DNA of 63,282 nucleotides, the filler included, from Octopus bimaculoides (Eukaryota): assembly GCF_001194135.2 (NCBI RefSeq). It is 5 parts of 5 records of this genome, joined end to end, with 100 filler letters (N's around TTAATTAATTAA, not from the genome) between each part and the next. Parts side by side here need not be neighbours in the genome. Positions count along the whole stretch, not along the records: positions 18,467 to 42,705 come from NC_069000.1; 4 more parts are not named here. One strand, given 5' to 3'. The notes below the pieces were generated by a model, which was given only the letters and a program-made list of their open reading frames with translations, searched no databases and had not been told where the DNA came from. A program made the translations under genes and the position numbers. The stretch's first letter is position 1; each line of letters starts with the position of its first letter. Positions 24,064 to 37,941 of this stretch are shown one piece after another.

Positions 24064-24405
24064 ATTAACCACCAGTACTTAACGTATATGGTTTGTGTAT
24101 TTTCCTGCGACTGCAATGACGCAGCCGTCACGTATACGCCAGGATGGACTTGTTGGGTTAATTGCCTTCATACCTGGTGGTCACGTAATATTGACAAGTG
24201 ATAAAAATGGAGAAACATCGGTGTCCATCTCATCCAAATGGTATTGAAAGTGAGTTAACCCATCTGTCCATGACTCTGAGGTCTTTTAACACTCGGCACT
24301 TTGTGAGTGTATATACTCCACTACGCTATTGCAGCCACCGAAAAATACACGAAGTATATACATTAAGTATATGTGATTAATAATATTTATTATACGATTT
24401 CATTT

Positions 24406-24406
<1 letters not shown>

Positions 24407-24464
<58 letters not shown>

Positions 24465-24660
24465 AGCACTCACACACACGCGCGTACACACACAAACGCT
24501 CACACACACATATAGATATGCATATACATTAATACATATGTGCATATATTTATACATATATGAATATATACGTATATTAATAGCAGATGCACAACATTTT
24601 CTGGCTACGTATTCATGCACATATACATGCATGTTTACATACACGTAAGCATGCATATAT
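24407..24660. repeat. (CA)n(TA)n compound/degenerate microsatellite
   Basis: Seen directly in the sequence. Confidence 0.9.
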
Positions 24661-26329
24661 GTGTGCGTTTAATAAGTCAATAAGATATTTTGGATTAAAC
24701 CTGAGCTAGTGAGAATAGATTACAATATTATAGAAATGAGATTTAAATTTCGTTAGAGGATTGCTAAGTTTTGTCAAACATTCTCGTGACAATATAAACG
24801 CATGCATCTGCCTATAGTAATTCTCGTCAAAATTATCCCAGAACGTTGTCTCAGTATCTGCACTCAATTTATACAGCAAATCTTCTTAAGTTTGCTATCG
24901 CCTGAAGTCCGCAATTTATTAGAGATGACTTGAATATTGGACCATTAAATACTATAAGTGACGGCTAAAATCTAGAGAGTTGGACGGCTAAGAAAATATC
25001 GAACTTTGACAAAACGTCCCGAATACGGATCGATGCAGTGCAGATGCATAGCCGTTGTGCAGCTTTCAGGTTTTCTCAATGCTTCAAACAAACCACTGCC
25101 AATCCTAAACGCTTTCGTATATACAACTAATCGCTTGTTTTGAACGTCTAACTATGCGTGATGAACGACGTTTATTCTTGTTGAAAACGACTTTCAACGC
25201 CGACACAGCTCTTGAGTTGAACTGCTGTTTTGGTCCTGGTGACGATGATGCAGCTCCATGTGATGATTTTTGTTTATGTTTCTACATCATGTCTTTACAT
25301 TCGTGTTTCCACTGTTTTTATGGTACATCTCAGAATGTTTTCAACGGCATGTGGACAATAAAAAAAGTCTCATGGCTGACTATGATTCAATTCTGTCCTT
25401 GTTTATCTTTGTGCAGAATCCGCACAAATTTTGCTACAGGATGACTTACGTTCGATTTTCGTTTTAAAATCCCATGGTACAAACGCTTAGAGGTACCTAT
25501 ATCTTCGGAAATTTTTGAGAGGGCCAGACATTAATGGCATTTACTTTTGCATTGTGAGCGTATTCCGTTGTAGTGGAAGTTTGTTCAAATTTGCGACAGT
25601 CTTTTCTGGATATTCTTTCCATTGCATACGCCTCAAAACAGCCGTTTCAATAGGCATGTGATAACGCCAGAAAAGAGTAGATAGTACGAATGTAATTTGT
25701 TTTTCCAGTTCTGAAACACATTGTCATACGAACATTTTCTCCTTTTAAATTACCCATTCAACGACTGGTGATAATTCGCGAAATGCAAAGACAAAAATAA
25801 AACAATAAGAAGTTCGTTCTAGCCCTTGTTGATCGATGACTAACTGCTGTGGCATGAGATGTTTAGTATTAGACTGAAAATCAAGGTCACCTATACAGAA
25901 CACAGCTTTTGCACCGACACTGCAGCTATTGTTGCACTGATACTGCAGCTGCTGGCTGCCGCACTTGTATAAATCTATTTTATGGACAGATCTTTTGTGT
26001 GTGAGATTGAGTGTGTATGTACACGCACAAGTGTGAGTGTTTTCTTTGGTGGTAGTGGTGAGGTATATGAAAATATATTCAAGCATCCGATAATTTAAAT
26101 AGCAACAATCTCAAATTGTCACCGGAAAGAACTGTACTGTCATTTTCGAGGTTTTCAGGAAAACTTCGTTGTTGCAATCGGCCTTTCGTAGAACGTGTGG
26201 AATCAAGATTTAGGCTGTATTTACGTTCTGAGTTCAAATTCCGCCAATATACGATCGTATAGATTAAAAGAAAAGTATGGAAGACCCTACATTAAAAAAA
26301 AAAACTATGAATATGCAAGGAATTAGAGA

Positions 26330-26514
26330 AAAACCCGTGTAAACCACCGCTTTTCCTAGTCTGTTCATTTACGCGAGAGCTCTGGCCAAAATGTTATAGT
26401 GCACGACCACACCTAGCACATAAGTAATGTGTGTGTAAAGTTTGGTGAAAATCGGTTGAGAATTGTGGAAATGTATGCGTTAATCAATGAACACACGCAC
26501 ATACTGTGATTTAT

Positions 26515-26520
<6 letters not shown>
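26330..26520 (-). mobile_element. Probable non-autonomous Helitron 5' end
   Basis: Reverse complement TATATAATAAATCACAGTATGTGCGTGTG...ACGCATACATTTCCACAATTCTCAACCGATTTTCACCAAACTTT has the same layout as 1-120. Confidence 0.45.
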
Positions 26521-26555
<35 letters not shown>

Positions 26556-28109
26556 ATATATATATTTTTGTGTGTATGTATATCTATATATACATATACA
26601 CCCATAGATATATGTCATACATATAAATATATATAAACGTATGTATATTTGTATATCATATGTACACACACACTCATATACATATAGTTTATTTAGTGTA
26701 TTTGTCGAGTGTACTTTTGAAATGCTCTCTTAGGTGTAAACTCTCATCAAGTAGACATACCTTATATTACTATTATTGTTAAGGTCAATTAACACGCTAC
26801 CCGGTACAGGTATTGATTTAATTGACAATTATTCTCGCGTCGGACAATGTTTGACCTTACACTAAGCTTACAATATATTATCTTCAATCTTATTACATTT
26901 AGTATTCATGATGTAAAAACGGTTATGATGAATATATATGAAAATTTGCCTAACAATGCTGAAAGTAAACATTCTCTTTGTGAGGAGACCATAAAAATAT
27001 TTACATAACCTACCTTTGATATTTCCTGGTACGTGTCTACGTCCTTAGAGATAAAATGCCAACATCGTTTGAGAAATGATTGGATTTCCTTCTTTTACGA
27101 ATATCAAATAAGATAACGGATACAGTTTTTTATCCTACCTGTCTTAACTGAAATGATTCAATGACTTTGATATCACTATTTCGATTACTAATACATTATT
27201 ACCATTCCTGCAGGCGAAAATCTTCTAAGGCATTGTTTGCTAAACGCCAGAATATCTTGCCGTAATAATTCTTAAAAGTCGTAGAATTTCATAAGACTAC
27301 TGTGGTGCATTTCTCCAGGGAGATGAAAATAAGATTGGAAGTGTAATTTGAACAACTTTGAAGCATTATTTTGTCTCTAGTTATATTTGCTGAGAGCGAG
27401 TAAAGGATGTTATGATTCAATAATGTGAAACAAATGGATCTCTGTCGATTCAATTTTCAGAATTCAGTTGTTTGATCAACTAATCAACTAATCTTCATAT
27501 TGAATTAGGATGTATGAGGCTGAACTTTCAACACAATAGTACAACCTTGCTGTATTTCTCAGCCAGATCCAATGTAGCACGATGTGACAAGGCTGGGCTT
27601 TCAATTAATAGTACAGACCATTCGAAGGGCTTCCATCTATTGATATTTTTCGTCTGCCCTTTGTTATAATAAAAGATACTTGCCCAAGATGACACGTAGA
27701 GAGATCGTTCTTAACTTTCCCTGATTATCGCGTTCACACTATTCTGTATTATCTTAGAAAATACACCAAGCACCTTTCCTTATCTACATTGTAAGATTTG
27801 TCCTTATTTCTTTCAAAATATAATATCTGGTCGTTATTTTGTGAGAATCTTGATGTTGCTGTCCTGTGTCTCATCCATTGGCTTTCGTTCGTTTATTTAC
27901 TTTTATCATGCTTGTTTTTCATAATGTAACAAAACCTTCCGGCTGTCAGTAAATTTTTCTTGTATAAAACCAAATTTTACACGTTTATAGCAATGCAGTA
28001 ATGCAGGATCGGTATTATCTTAGTTTTGTGTTGATATGGCGTCGTTGTTTCTTGTTTGTATTTCTATCTTATCTTGTTCCTCTACACGTACATCTTGGGG
28101 CTGGAAATC

Positions 28110-28704
28110 TTCCACCTCCTCTTCTACTCTCCTCCTCCTCCTCCTCCTCAACGTCGTCATCATCATCGTCCTCATCTTCGTCGTCATCATCATAGTCATC
28201 ATGATCAAGATCATGATTATCAGCAACATCATCATCATCATCGATAGACTAGCAGAATTATTTGAGTGATCGTACAAAATGCTCTGCTGTATTTCTTGAG
28301 CCTCACTGTGTATGTTCTCTGTTCAAATCTCACCGACACCAGTTTTGCCATTCATCGACCAAACACTTCCTCGGGGCGCTTTACAAACTAACCTTCTTCC
28401 TTGTATCAAAATTGCTGACAGTGCGACTAAATTAGAATCCACTTTTATTTATGGTATTATTTTTGTTGTTATTCTTATTGTTGTTATTATTGCAACAGCT
28501 GTTATTGTTTTTGTTGTTGCTTGTTGATATCATAATATCAATGATTACATATTATGAACACTTAGTTATCATGTATTACCCCCACCAGGCAAAATAAATA
28601 GTAAACAAAGGCTATACACTGATAACTCACTTAATTCTCTAAGAGAGCAAAAACGTACCACAAATTTAAGCACCATGCACACACGTAGACACACCTGTAC
28701 ACAG

Positions 28705-28740
<36 letters not shown>

Positions 28741-28777
28741 ACACATACACACAAACACATATATACATACATGCATG

Positions 28778-28813
<36 letters not shown>

Positions 28814-29247
28814 CGACAGAAAGAGAAAGATCTATATANNNNNNNNNNNNNNNNNNNNNNNNNNNNNNNNNNNNNNNNNNNNNNNNNNNNNNNNNNNNNN
28901 NNNNNNNNNNNNNNNNNNNNNNNNNNNNNNNNNNNNNNNNNNNNNNNNNNNNNNNNNNNNNNNNNNNNNNNNNNNNNNNNNNNNNNNNNNNNNNNNNNNN
29001 NNNNNNNNNNNNNNNNNNNNNNNNNNNNNNNNATATATACACACATACACATATATCTATATATGCATATGTGTATATATATAATGTATATGTATATATA
29101 TATTTGTGTGCGTATATATATATATATATATGTATATGTGTGTATGCATATACATACATATATACATACATATACATGTACATATAAACTTACATATACA
29201 CACAAATATAATACATATACATGCACATATATATGTGCGTGTGTATG

Positions 29248-29301
<54 letters not shown>

Positions 29302-30520
29302 TGCGTATATACATGTAAGTATATATATATAAGCCGCATAGCCTCTACATAATCTACTTACACCTAGAATACTCAATGGACACTTTTTTCTACACCTACA
29401 CCAGTTTCTTGATTGATGAAGCTAAGTTTTAAATTTCAATTATGATTAACTCGTCAGCCATTATTTATTTATTTGTTTATTTAATTATTTATTGATTTAG
29501 TTGCTTGCTTATTAGTTTCTTTTTTTTTTTTTAATATTTTATCTTAAAGTAATTAATCTGGCTTTTTCCAAGAATGTTTATTATTCTTATAGTGTACTGT
29601 TATTTTTGTTTCTTTCTTTATTTATTTTTAAAATTCATATTTTACAATAATCTTTGTTGCAAAATTTATCGCCAATCGACAAGCGGCTACAAGCGAGATA
29701 ACGGACTTCGTTGTCGCGATCAGTAGCACCATCACCATCACCATCATCATCATCATCATCATCATCATTGTCATCATCATCAACATTTTCACATTCATCT
29801 TTCGTCGTTGTTGTCATCATCACCATCGTCATCGTCGTCATCATCGTCCTCCTCCTCCTCCTCCTCCTCCTCATCATCATCATCATCACCATCCTCCTCC
29901 TCCTCCTCCTCCTCATCATCATCATCCTCATCATCATCATCACCACCATNNNNNNNNNNNNNNNNNNNNNNNNNNNNNNNNNNNNNNNNNNNNNNNNNNN
30001 NNNNNNNNNNNNNNNNNNNNNNNNNNNNNNNNNNNNNNNNNNNNNNNNNNNNNNNNNNNNNNNNNNNNNNNNNNNNNNNNNNNNNNNNNNNNNNNNNNNN
30101 NNNNNNNNNNNNNNNNNNNNNNNNNNNNNNNNNNNNNNNNNNNNNNNNNNNNNNNNNNNNNNNNNNNNNNNNNNNNNNNNNNNNNNNNNNNNNNNNNNNN
30201 NNNNNNNNNNNNNNNNNNNNNNNNNNNNNNNNNNNNNNNNNNNNNNNNNNNNNNNNNNNNNNNNNNNNNNNNNNNNNNNNNNNNNNNNNNNNNNNNNNNN
30301 NNNNNNNNNNNNNNNNNNNNNNNNNNNNNNNNNNNNNNNNNNNNNNNNNNNNNNNNNNNNNNNNNNNNNNNNNNNNNNNNNNNNNNNNNNNNNNNNNNNN
30401 NNNNNNNNNNNNNNNNNNNNNNNNNNNNNNNNNNNNNNNNNNNNNNNNNNNNNNNNNNNNNNNNNNNCAACCACCACCCCTCCTCCTCCTCCCCCTCATC
30501 ATCATCATCATCATCATCAT
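28110..30520. repeat. Cluster of (CTC)/(CAT), (TTG), (CA)/(TA)/(TG) microsatellites around two gaps
   Basis: Seen directly in the sequence; explains the poly-S/H/I/D/M ORFs. Confidence 0.9.
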
Positions 30521-30634
30521 CAACAGCGTCATAATCGTTTATGACATTGCCGTGCTTATCATTATGGGGTCGCACTCACTATTATCAGAAGCTGTATGTC
30601 ACCAAAACTGTTATTGGTTACGGGTGAGGAAGGA

Positions 30635-30673
<39 letters not shown>

Positions 30674-31438
30674 AGAGGGAGAGGGAGAGGATTATAAATT
30701 GAAAGCATCAGTCCTAATTGTTACAAGTGTTTGCAGCAAAAATCACTTGATGAGTTGCTACCCGTTCGTGCTGCAGAGGGAGATAGAGGAATACAGCAAG
30801 AGAATCCTTGACAACAAAACCCAGAAAACGCAGTTACTACTGTAAAACTACTTTTTAACGACACCCAGAATCAGTACGTGAAGCTGACCAAAAGTTCGAG
30901 GAAAAGATTGAAGTAGCAATGCGTCTATAATAGCAGCAACATCAACAAATGCTAATCCCAAATACCACAAAATCACAAGTCACAGCTCCTGTGGTGACGG
31001 AGCATATCACCTGATGATGGGGCCTTAAAACCAACAATTCAACATCCTGTCTCCCAACTATAACTGGTTGTAGTGACATTACTTCATACTCTTTTGAGAG
31101 AAGGTGGTAATGATAACAGCATTGCATTTCTAAACTGTCAGAGAATTCGACAAATTAAATTTGGTGAAGAATTCACTTTCTGGTTTTTGTTTACTGTAAT
31201 TACAATAAATAATTTTCGTAATTAACTGGACTGAAAACAGAACAAGTAGGTACTTCAAATTCATCTGTTAAACATAAAATTTCGTTAAGCTTTAAAATAT
31301 CTGTTACATTTAATCAACACCTTTTTCAAACAAATTCTGTATTGCAAGTCTGAAGCTGCTTGCGAAGGTTCGTTAGCCTCTGGCTGGTACAAAAGAAAAC
31401 ATGTAGTGAACGAGCGAAATAACATGAAATTTATCAAA

Positions 31439-31659
31439 TACGAGGGGGTGCTGAACATTTCTTGGGTTTTAGGGTGTCGTGAAAGGCCTGGCTGGATGCC
31501 CAAACTTCCGAATTCTTTTACAGGGTTTAGAAAACTGAAGGAGCATTGCAATAGGTGTGTGAATCTGAGAGGAGAACATGTTGAATAAAATCATAGTTAA
31601 ATGATCCTCCTGTAATTTTTTTTTACCGAAAGCCAAGTAATTCTCAGTACACACTCGTA
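31439..31659 (+). mobile_element. Mariner-derived MITE (both TIRs, only the transposase 3' tip retained)
   Basis: TA-CGAGGGGGTGCTGAACATTTCTTGG ... CCAAGTAATTCTCAGTACACACTCG-TA. Interior FFTGFRKLKEHCNRCVNLRGEHVE* resembles a mariner C-terminus. Confidence 0.85.
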
Positions 31660-32449
31660 ACTGTGCTATGTATAGTAATGGCACAACACACAGACGTTGC
31701 CTTTAGTTGTATGGAATTACTTCAAGATTCTTGTGCTTTTTAACAAACCTCACAATCCCACCTCTAAAAGAAACCCATTTTATTTCAACTTAATTTCCAC
31801 ACTTATATCATTCTACAAGCACTGAAGAGGGCAAAAGTAACATAAAAAACGAACAAAACCCTTCCCGAAAGTAAATCGGACCTTGCTACCCGGTTTACAC
31901 CTTCCTCTTATGTCTACGATACGTCATTTATTTGAATATGGTAACCTGTGTTATGAGAGGGTCGTGGCTGCTACTTATAGAAGGTCGAGTGACCACATAG
32001 TCTCTTTCTCGCTCTCGCTCCTATTTCAGTTGTTTCACACCATGCGAATCTGATCGATCAGACAGATGATCATAACATTTCCATGAATGAACATGACTTA
32101 TAATTGGGCTTCAGCACAGCAAAGACACGAATCAACTTCAATAGAATCGTACAGTAACAAAACACACAGATTCTGTGTGCAGATGATCTTAGCCAACGTT
32201 ATCCAATGTATCATATCCCACGAAGTAACAGTGTGATTTGAAAGAGATTTGACCCCTATTTCTAAGAGGTTGATCAACAAACTTGAAACTTATTGTTATC
32301 ATAGAAGCATCTCGCGGAGGTGGTATTATCCGCAAATCAATAAGGCTCTTCCTCATTGATGAATAAATACGTCTGATTAATTAACTATTGATTTACTTGG
32401 TTGACTAATTATTTGCAATGATATTAATATTAGTATTCACAAGAGCAAC

Positions 32450-32451
32450 AA

Positions 32452-32529
<78 letters not shown>

Positions 32530-32550
32530 TAATAATAGTAGTAGTAGTAT
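32450..32550. repeat. (TAC)n(TAA)n(TAG)n microsatellite
   Basis: Seen directly in the sequence. Confidence 0.95.
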
Positions 32551-33016
32551 AACAGCTGTAATAATAAAATCTGCGGTGAATTGCAGCAACAGTTAGAATT
32601 CCGGCCTAAAAAGTGAGGTAATTAAATGTCTCAAGGCATTAAGTTCACTATACTACCAATTCTGGCACTCGTCCCATTATTGTTAATTATTCCCCGAGTA
32701 ATGATAATAAACAGAATATGAGGAAGTTCAACGTTTTAGAAAATGACCTTCGTGTCTTCAATATACTTACTTACATATCTTTAAAGTGTAATACTCGACC
32801 TTCTTTTATTATATTGAATATTTCAATTAACTATTCACTTTCATTCCATTAAGATTTTTGAAGGCGCAACACTAAAAAACGCGTGCTAATCATAAAACAA
32901 TATTATTGATGTTTCCTAACACATGCACTCAAAGTTTAGAGAAAAGAGAGAATAGTTTATTGAAATCGAACTCAGTACATGCCTAAAAAATATATATTAG
33001 CGACAGAGAGAGTATT

Positions 33017-33143
33017 TCTTTTACTTGTTTCAGTCATTTGACTGCGGCCATGCTAGAGCACCGCCTTTAGTCGAGAAAATCAACCCCAGGACCAACCATG
33101 TGGTTGGTAAGCAAGCTACTTACCACACAGCCACTCCTGCGCC
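33017..33143 (-). mobile_element. Internally deleted SINE-A (127 bp)
   Basis: Head GGCGCAGGAGTGGCTGTGTGGTAAGTAGCTTGCTTACCAACCACATGGTT is fused to GGTCCTGGGGTTGATTTTCTCGACTAAAGGCGGTGCTCTAGCATGGCCGCAGTCAAATGACTGAAACAAGTAAAAG. Confidence 0.92.
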
Positions 33144-33934
33144 TATATTAATACCGAGCGGTAATATTTATTCCCTACTTAAGCGTGGATGTTCTGTGAG
33201 AACAAATTGTACTTCGGTAAATGCCTTCAGAGAAACACCCATACGCTTTGTGTATATACATTTGAAAGCACAACGCATATTCATATAAATGCATTCGTTT
33301 TATGCTGTGCATTCTGCGGGAACATGAAATTAAGTGTCCACCCTGTTATTTTTCAGTCACATCGTTTATCTCGGTGTACAGGAAACGCTTTTTAATTGAG
33401 GTAACTTATATTGGAGATTATGGCTATTAGTTGGATCCTGAAGGAAAAGTTTCCACATCGGTGGAAGGAGTCGGAAGTGCAAAGCATTTAGTCGGATACG
33501 CTAACATTTTCACTAATCACACGCATTGGGCCGTTACTTATCAATTGAGAAAATTGAAAAGCAGACGACTTTGGCGGGGTTTGAACTTAGACTACAAAGC
33601 AATTCATCTAGGTAAAAATTTCGGCAGTCGCACGTGTGGGGATGGTATATTGCGTATTCCTAGAATAATAGAAGAGAAATTAGAACTCGGTGTGATTTGA
33701 ACACAGAATGCATAGTGTCGAGAAAAAATAGCAATGCAACGTATTTTTCTTATGCACTAACGATTCTTCCAATTGTACCAGTGAGCAACTGAACCACTGT
33801 GCCAGTGAAATACTGAGGTCAATATAATCGACTGCTTCCACTCGCTAAATTTGTGGTTTTCTGCTAAATTAGGAATGTTTATAATTGATAATAAGGGTGC
33901 TGGATGGCAAAATCGTTCGATCGAAGGAGAAATT

Positions 33935-34098
33935 AATGCCTTGGGGGTATTTAATTGCATCCATTAACGTTCTGATTATTATTACTGCCGGGTCAAATTT
34001 CACTTTCATCCTTGCACGGTCAATAAAATAAACACTTGCGAAACACTGGGGTCGATTTAATCGACGATTCTTTCTCCCCAAATTTGTGACCTTGACAT
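33935..34098 (+). mobile_element. Old degenerate SINE-B
   Basis: TTTCATCCTTGCACGGTCAATAAAATAAA...CTGGGGTCGATTTAATCGAC. Confidence 0.7.
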
Positions 34099-34409
34099 TA
34101 TGTCAAATATCTCCAGCATTATTATTTAAAAATGGCTGATTATATAGCGGGAGTAATATCATTTCAAAAGGTAGCTGTTTTAATTAGTAGGAGTTCCAAT
34201 GCAACGAATTTAATGGTTTGCCATATTTCAAACAGGTAATTTAATATATATTTTTTTAATGAGCTACCAATGAGCCCCTAAATGTTTGCTTGACCTGCGA
34301 AAAATAGCAGTCAGTTTCCCTAAACGTAATCTGTGGTCGGAGAGGATATAACAGGATCATAGAAGAGTTAGAGTTTTGGTATTATAGTTTCTAATCCTTC
34401 CTCTCCTAC

Positions 34410-34496
34410 ACACACACGCGAACACACACACACACACATATATATATATACACACGTATACATAGATACAGACAGACAGACACACATACATACATA

Positions 34497-34554
<58 letters not shown>

Positions 34555-34900
34555 CATATATATACATTTAGATATATATATATATATATATATACATACA
34601 TGTATATACATTTAGATATATATATATATATATACATACACATACATGCACGCGTACGCACAAAAACACAAACACACATACGCATATGCACACACACAAA
34701 CACACATAATATTGTGCGTGTGTGTGCGAGTGTGTGTATACAGATGTATTTGTTTTTCGTGTAGCTGGAGGTTATGTGTGACCTATAACATAATTTCTTT
34801 TGTGTTGTGTAAACTTGAATATCGGTATTTTCTATGTCAATCTCCCACACACACACACACGCATGCACACACTGACACACACACAAACACATGTATATAC
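34410..34900. repeat. (CA)/(TA)/(TG) microsatellite complex
   Basis: Seen directly; produces the 188-aa ORF at 34368-34934. Confidence 0.9.
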
Positions 34901-35257
34901 GTATAATAGATAAATGAGAGATGTGAAGAACCAATCGGTAGTGAGTTTGTTAATGGTAGGTTTATCGTTCAGATCCCGCAGACGTTTTAAATAAGATGTC
35001 TAAACTACGAATATGACGTAAACTTTTCTTTCGTTTTCTGTACGTTTCTTCTTTATAGAGTAAGTATTTATATGTCAATTTTCGTCAAAAGATAAAGATA
35101 TTTATGTGTGACCTGAGTTCTGCTAGTGGAGATTCGGTTGCTATTTCTAGCTGCTTACATCACCACACTGATGTTCTCTCCTTGATTAAGATATTTGGTT
35201 GTTACCTCGATATGTGTACTGTTGATGTAAATGCATACAACTCTGAACTAAGACTTA

Positions 35258-35360
35258 CTGAAAAGTTCCTGGCTTTGAGTAGAAGAAAATATAGGAGAAT
35301 CACCTAGTTACGATGTATTTCAACAAATTCTTCTCTCAGATTCACACTCTTATTGCAGTG
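35258..35360 (-). mobile_element. Mariner 3' end fragment, same family as 31439-31659
   Basis: CTGAAAAGTTCCTGGCTTT is TIR-like; minus strand CTGCAATAAGAGTGTGAATCTGAGAGAAGAA matches 31545-31585. Confidence 0.7.
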
Positions 35361-35961
35361 TCCACTGTCCACTTCATCACGTTCGCTGTTAAACTTTCTG
35401 GCGGTGTCAATTTTAGACAGGTTCCATAATTTTCTATGAGTCTGTTGAACTCCTTCAACTTCCTCTGGTCCATCTTTATCTCTCGAACCTGTAACACTTC
35501 AGCCGTCAAACTTCTTCCAGTGGCTGAAGCATAGCTACCGTCTGGAACTGGTTCAATCTCCATAGTTCCTTTTTGCACTACTTCACCCATAAATGGATAA
35601 GTAAACAAAATATATTTCACAAAAACCGCAGCTAAAATTTCAATAATTTAACAATGACGTTCAACAATAGGTTCACCCTTACGGGAGACCTTCAACAAAT
35701 AATTAATAATTTGACTCACGTCGGACCGGCTACTTTCTTTATTTGAGCTCTCAGGCTCATACACATGTACGGCACAAGGACAGACAGAACACAACAGTGG
35801 GGACAAAAAACATAAAACGAATGAAAAATGGAAAAAAAGTGCAATGAAATCAATGGTGATGAAATGGCTGCATGCGCCCCATTCACATGCAGTACCATTT
35901 GAACGTTCTTACTTTCAGTTTATAATCTTTTTCCTTCATCCTCCTCCTCCTCCTCCTCCTC

Positions 35962-36026
<65 letters not shown>

Positions 36027-36393
36027 CACACACATACACGGGTAAGCGAATCAAGGTGGGTAAAAATAGTACTCGAATATCGGAGGGAGAGTAATATGTT
36101 TTATTTTTTTAAAATTTTTATTAAGGCTACAAAAACATTCTTGATCACAATTGCCCGACGAAAGGGAACGTGGAACTGAGTTTCCGTTTTTGCGATGTTT
36201 TTATTTAGTAGACACTCACGAATACATATATTTGCGTCAGTGTATATATGTATGCATATCTGCGTACTCCAATCAATGATGGAGCTAATGCATTTTGCAC
36301 GAAATACCAACCAAATCTCTACATCAAAATTTGAAAAGAAGTCTGGTAAATGTAGCTCTAGATACTGTATATCACGACAGACGAATATATTGC

Positions 36394-36875
36394 TAAGAAG
36401 GTTGCTCCCCAACCATATAGTTTTGGGTTCAGTCCCACTGCGTGGAACCTTGCGTAAATGTCTTCTGCTATAGCCTCGGACCAACCAAAGCCTTGTGAGT
36501 ACATTTGTTAGAGACGGAAACTGAAAGAAGTCCGTTATGTATGTGTGTGTGTGTGTACGTGTGTGTGTGTGTGCGTGTGTGTGTGTGTGTGCGTGTATGA
36601 ATATATCTATGTGTATATGTGTAAGCATATATCTATGTGTACATGCGTCTTTGTGTCTGTTTGTCCTCCCATCACTGCTTGATAGCCAGTGTTGTCGTGT
36701 TTACGCCTCCATACCTTTGCGGTTCGATAAAAAAGGCTGAGAAGAATAAGGACTAAGCTTTTAAAAAAATAAGTCCCGGGATCGATTGTTTCACTAAAAT
36801 CTTTCAAAGAGGTGCTCCAGCATGGCTGCAGTCAAATGTCTAAAACAAGTAAAGGAATAGAAGAATAAAAAGAAA
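36394..36875 (+). mobile_element. Near full-length SINE-A with internal (TG)n
   Basis: GGTTCAGTCCCACTGCGTGG...GACGGAAACTGAAAGAAG...GAGGTGCTCCAGCATGGCTGCAGTCAAATG.CTAAAACAAGTAAAG. Confidence 0.92.
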
Positions 36876-37002
36876 TAAACGAATAATTAAATAAATGTAA
36901 AAATAAATAAATAAATAAATAAATGTTGGTTGACCACTATTTGGAGGTCCTTGATAGAACGTATCAGAGATAAGATCTGAGCTATGTCTGAACAACAAGA
37001 AC

Positions 37003-37003
37003 A

Positions 37004-37057
<54 letters not shown>

Positions 37058-37081
37058 GCTACTACTACTACTACTACCGCT
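37003..37081. repeat. (TAC)n microsatellite
   Basis: Seen directly in the sequence. Confidence 0.95.
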
Positions 37082-37902
37082 ACAAAGTAACAACACGAGT
37101 CACATTACGATATAATACATATCATTGGAATAATAGAAGCGAGACAGTTGAGCGTATAGTAGCACCTGTAGACTACAACTATACTATAGCGAATTAGTAT
37201 ACCTATGTTCTTTGTAAGTGCAGACACTATTCTGTATAGATCTTGGCGAGTGTTATTTCCTTCCTAGCATTGCAAATATCTAGTCAAGAGAATAATACAG
37301 CTACACACACGCATAAAAACGCATACATAGTTATTCTGCGGCCTACGCATACATACGCGAGGTAAGCAAAAGTGCGCATACAATCATACGCATGCGACAG
37401 GTATATACAAGTGCATCTACGGTCTAACACACGCACAAACAAAATCACACAATTGTATAGAAGACGCATGCTCACAACCGTATGAAAATAGCCAGGCACA
37501 CTCGCATTCAGTGACATAACCATATGAAGAGACACGCACTCGCAAACACAACCATATATGCAGTTAGAGACATATTCACTCACAATAGAAAATTCTGACA
37601 TATACAGAGATACCCATACATACATACACATGCTCTCAAACACACAGACACAATACCCATTCAATGCGGCAGTCATCAGTCATTCATCTTTTGAATACGC
37701 TGCTACAAATTGATCCCAAGAAAACTAGACAAATAGGTATACACACACACTCATACACAGATTCACAGAGACGCACATATACACAACACATACATGTTTG
37801 CAAAATACATTAGGGAGAATAGCTTTTTCGAATATGGGAAATGTCTGTAGAAATATTTGTGTCAATTGGAAGTTAAACGTATTTAAATTTACATATGTAT
37901 AA

Positions 37903-37941
<39 letters not shown>

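Noticed and set aside
27090-27340. Possible minus-strand RT relic (GKIF, FR, LRQ words)
   Set aside because: Similarity too weak and frameshifted to call.
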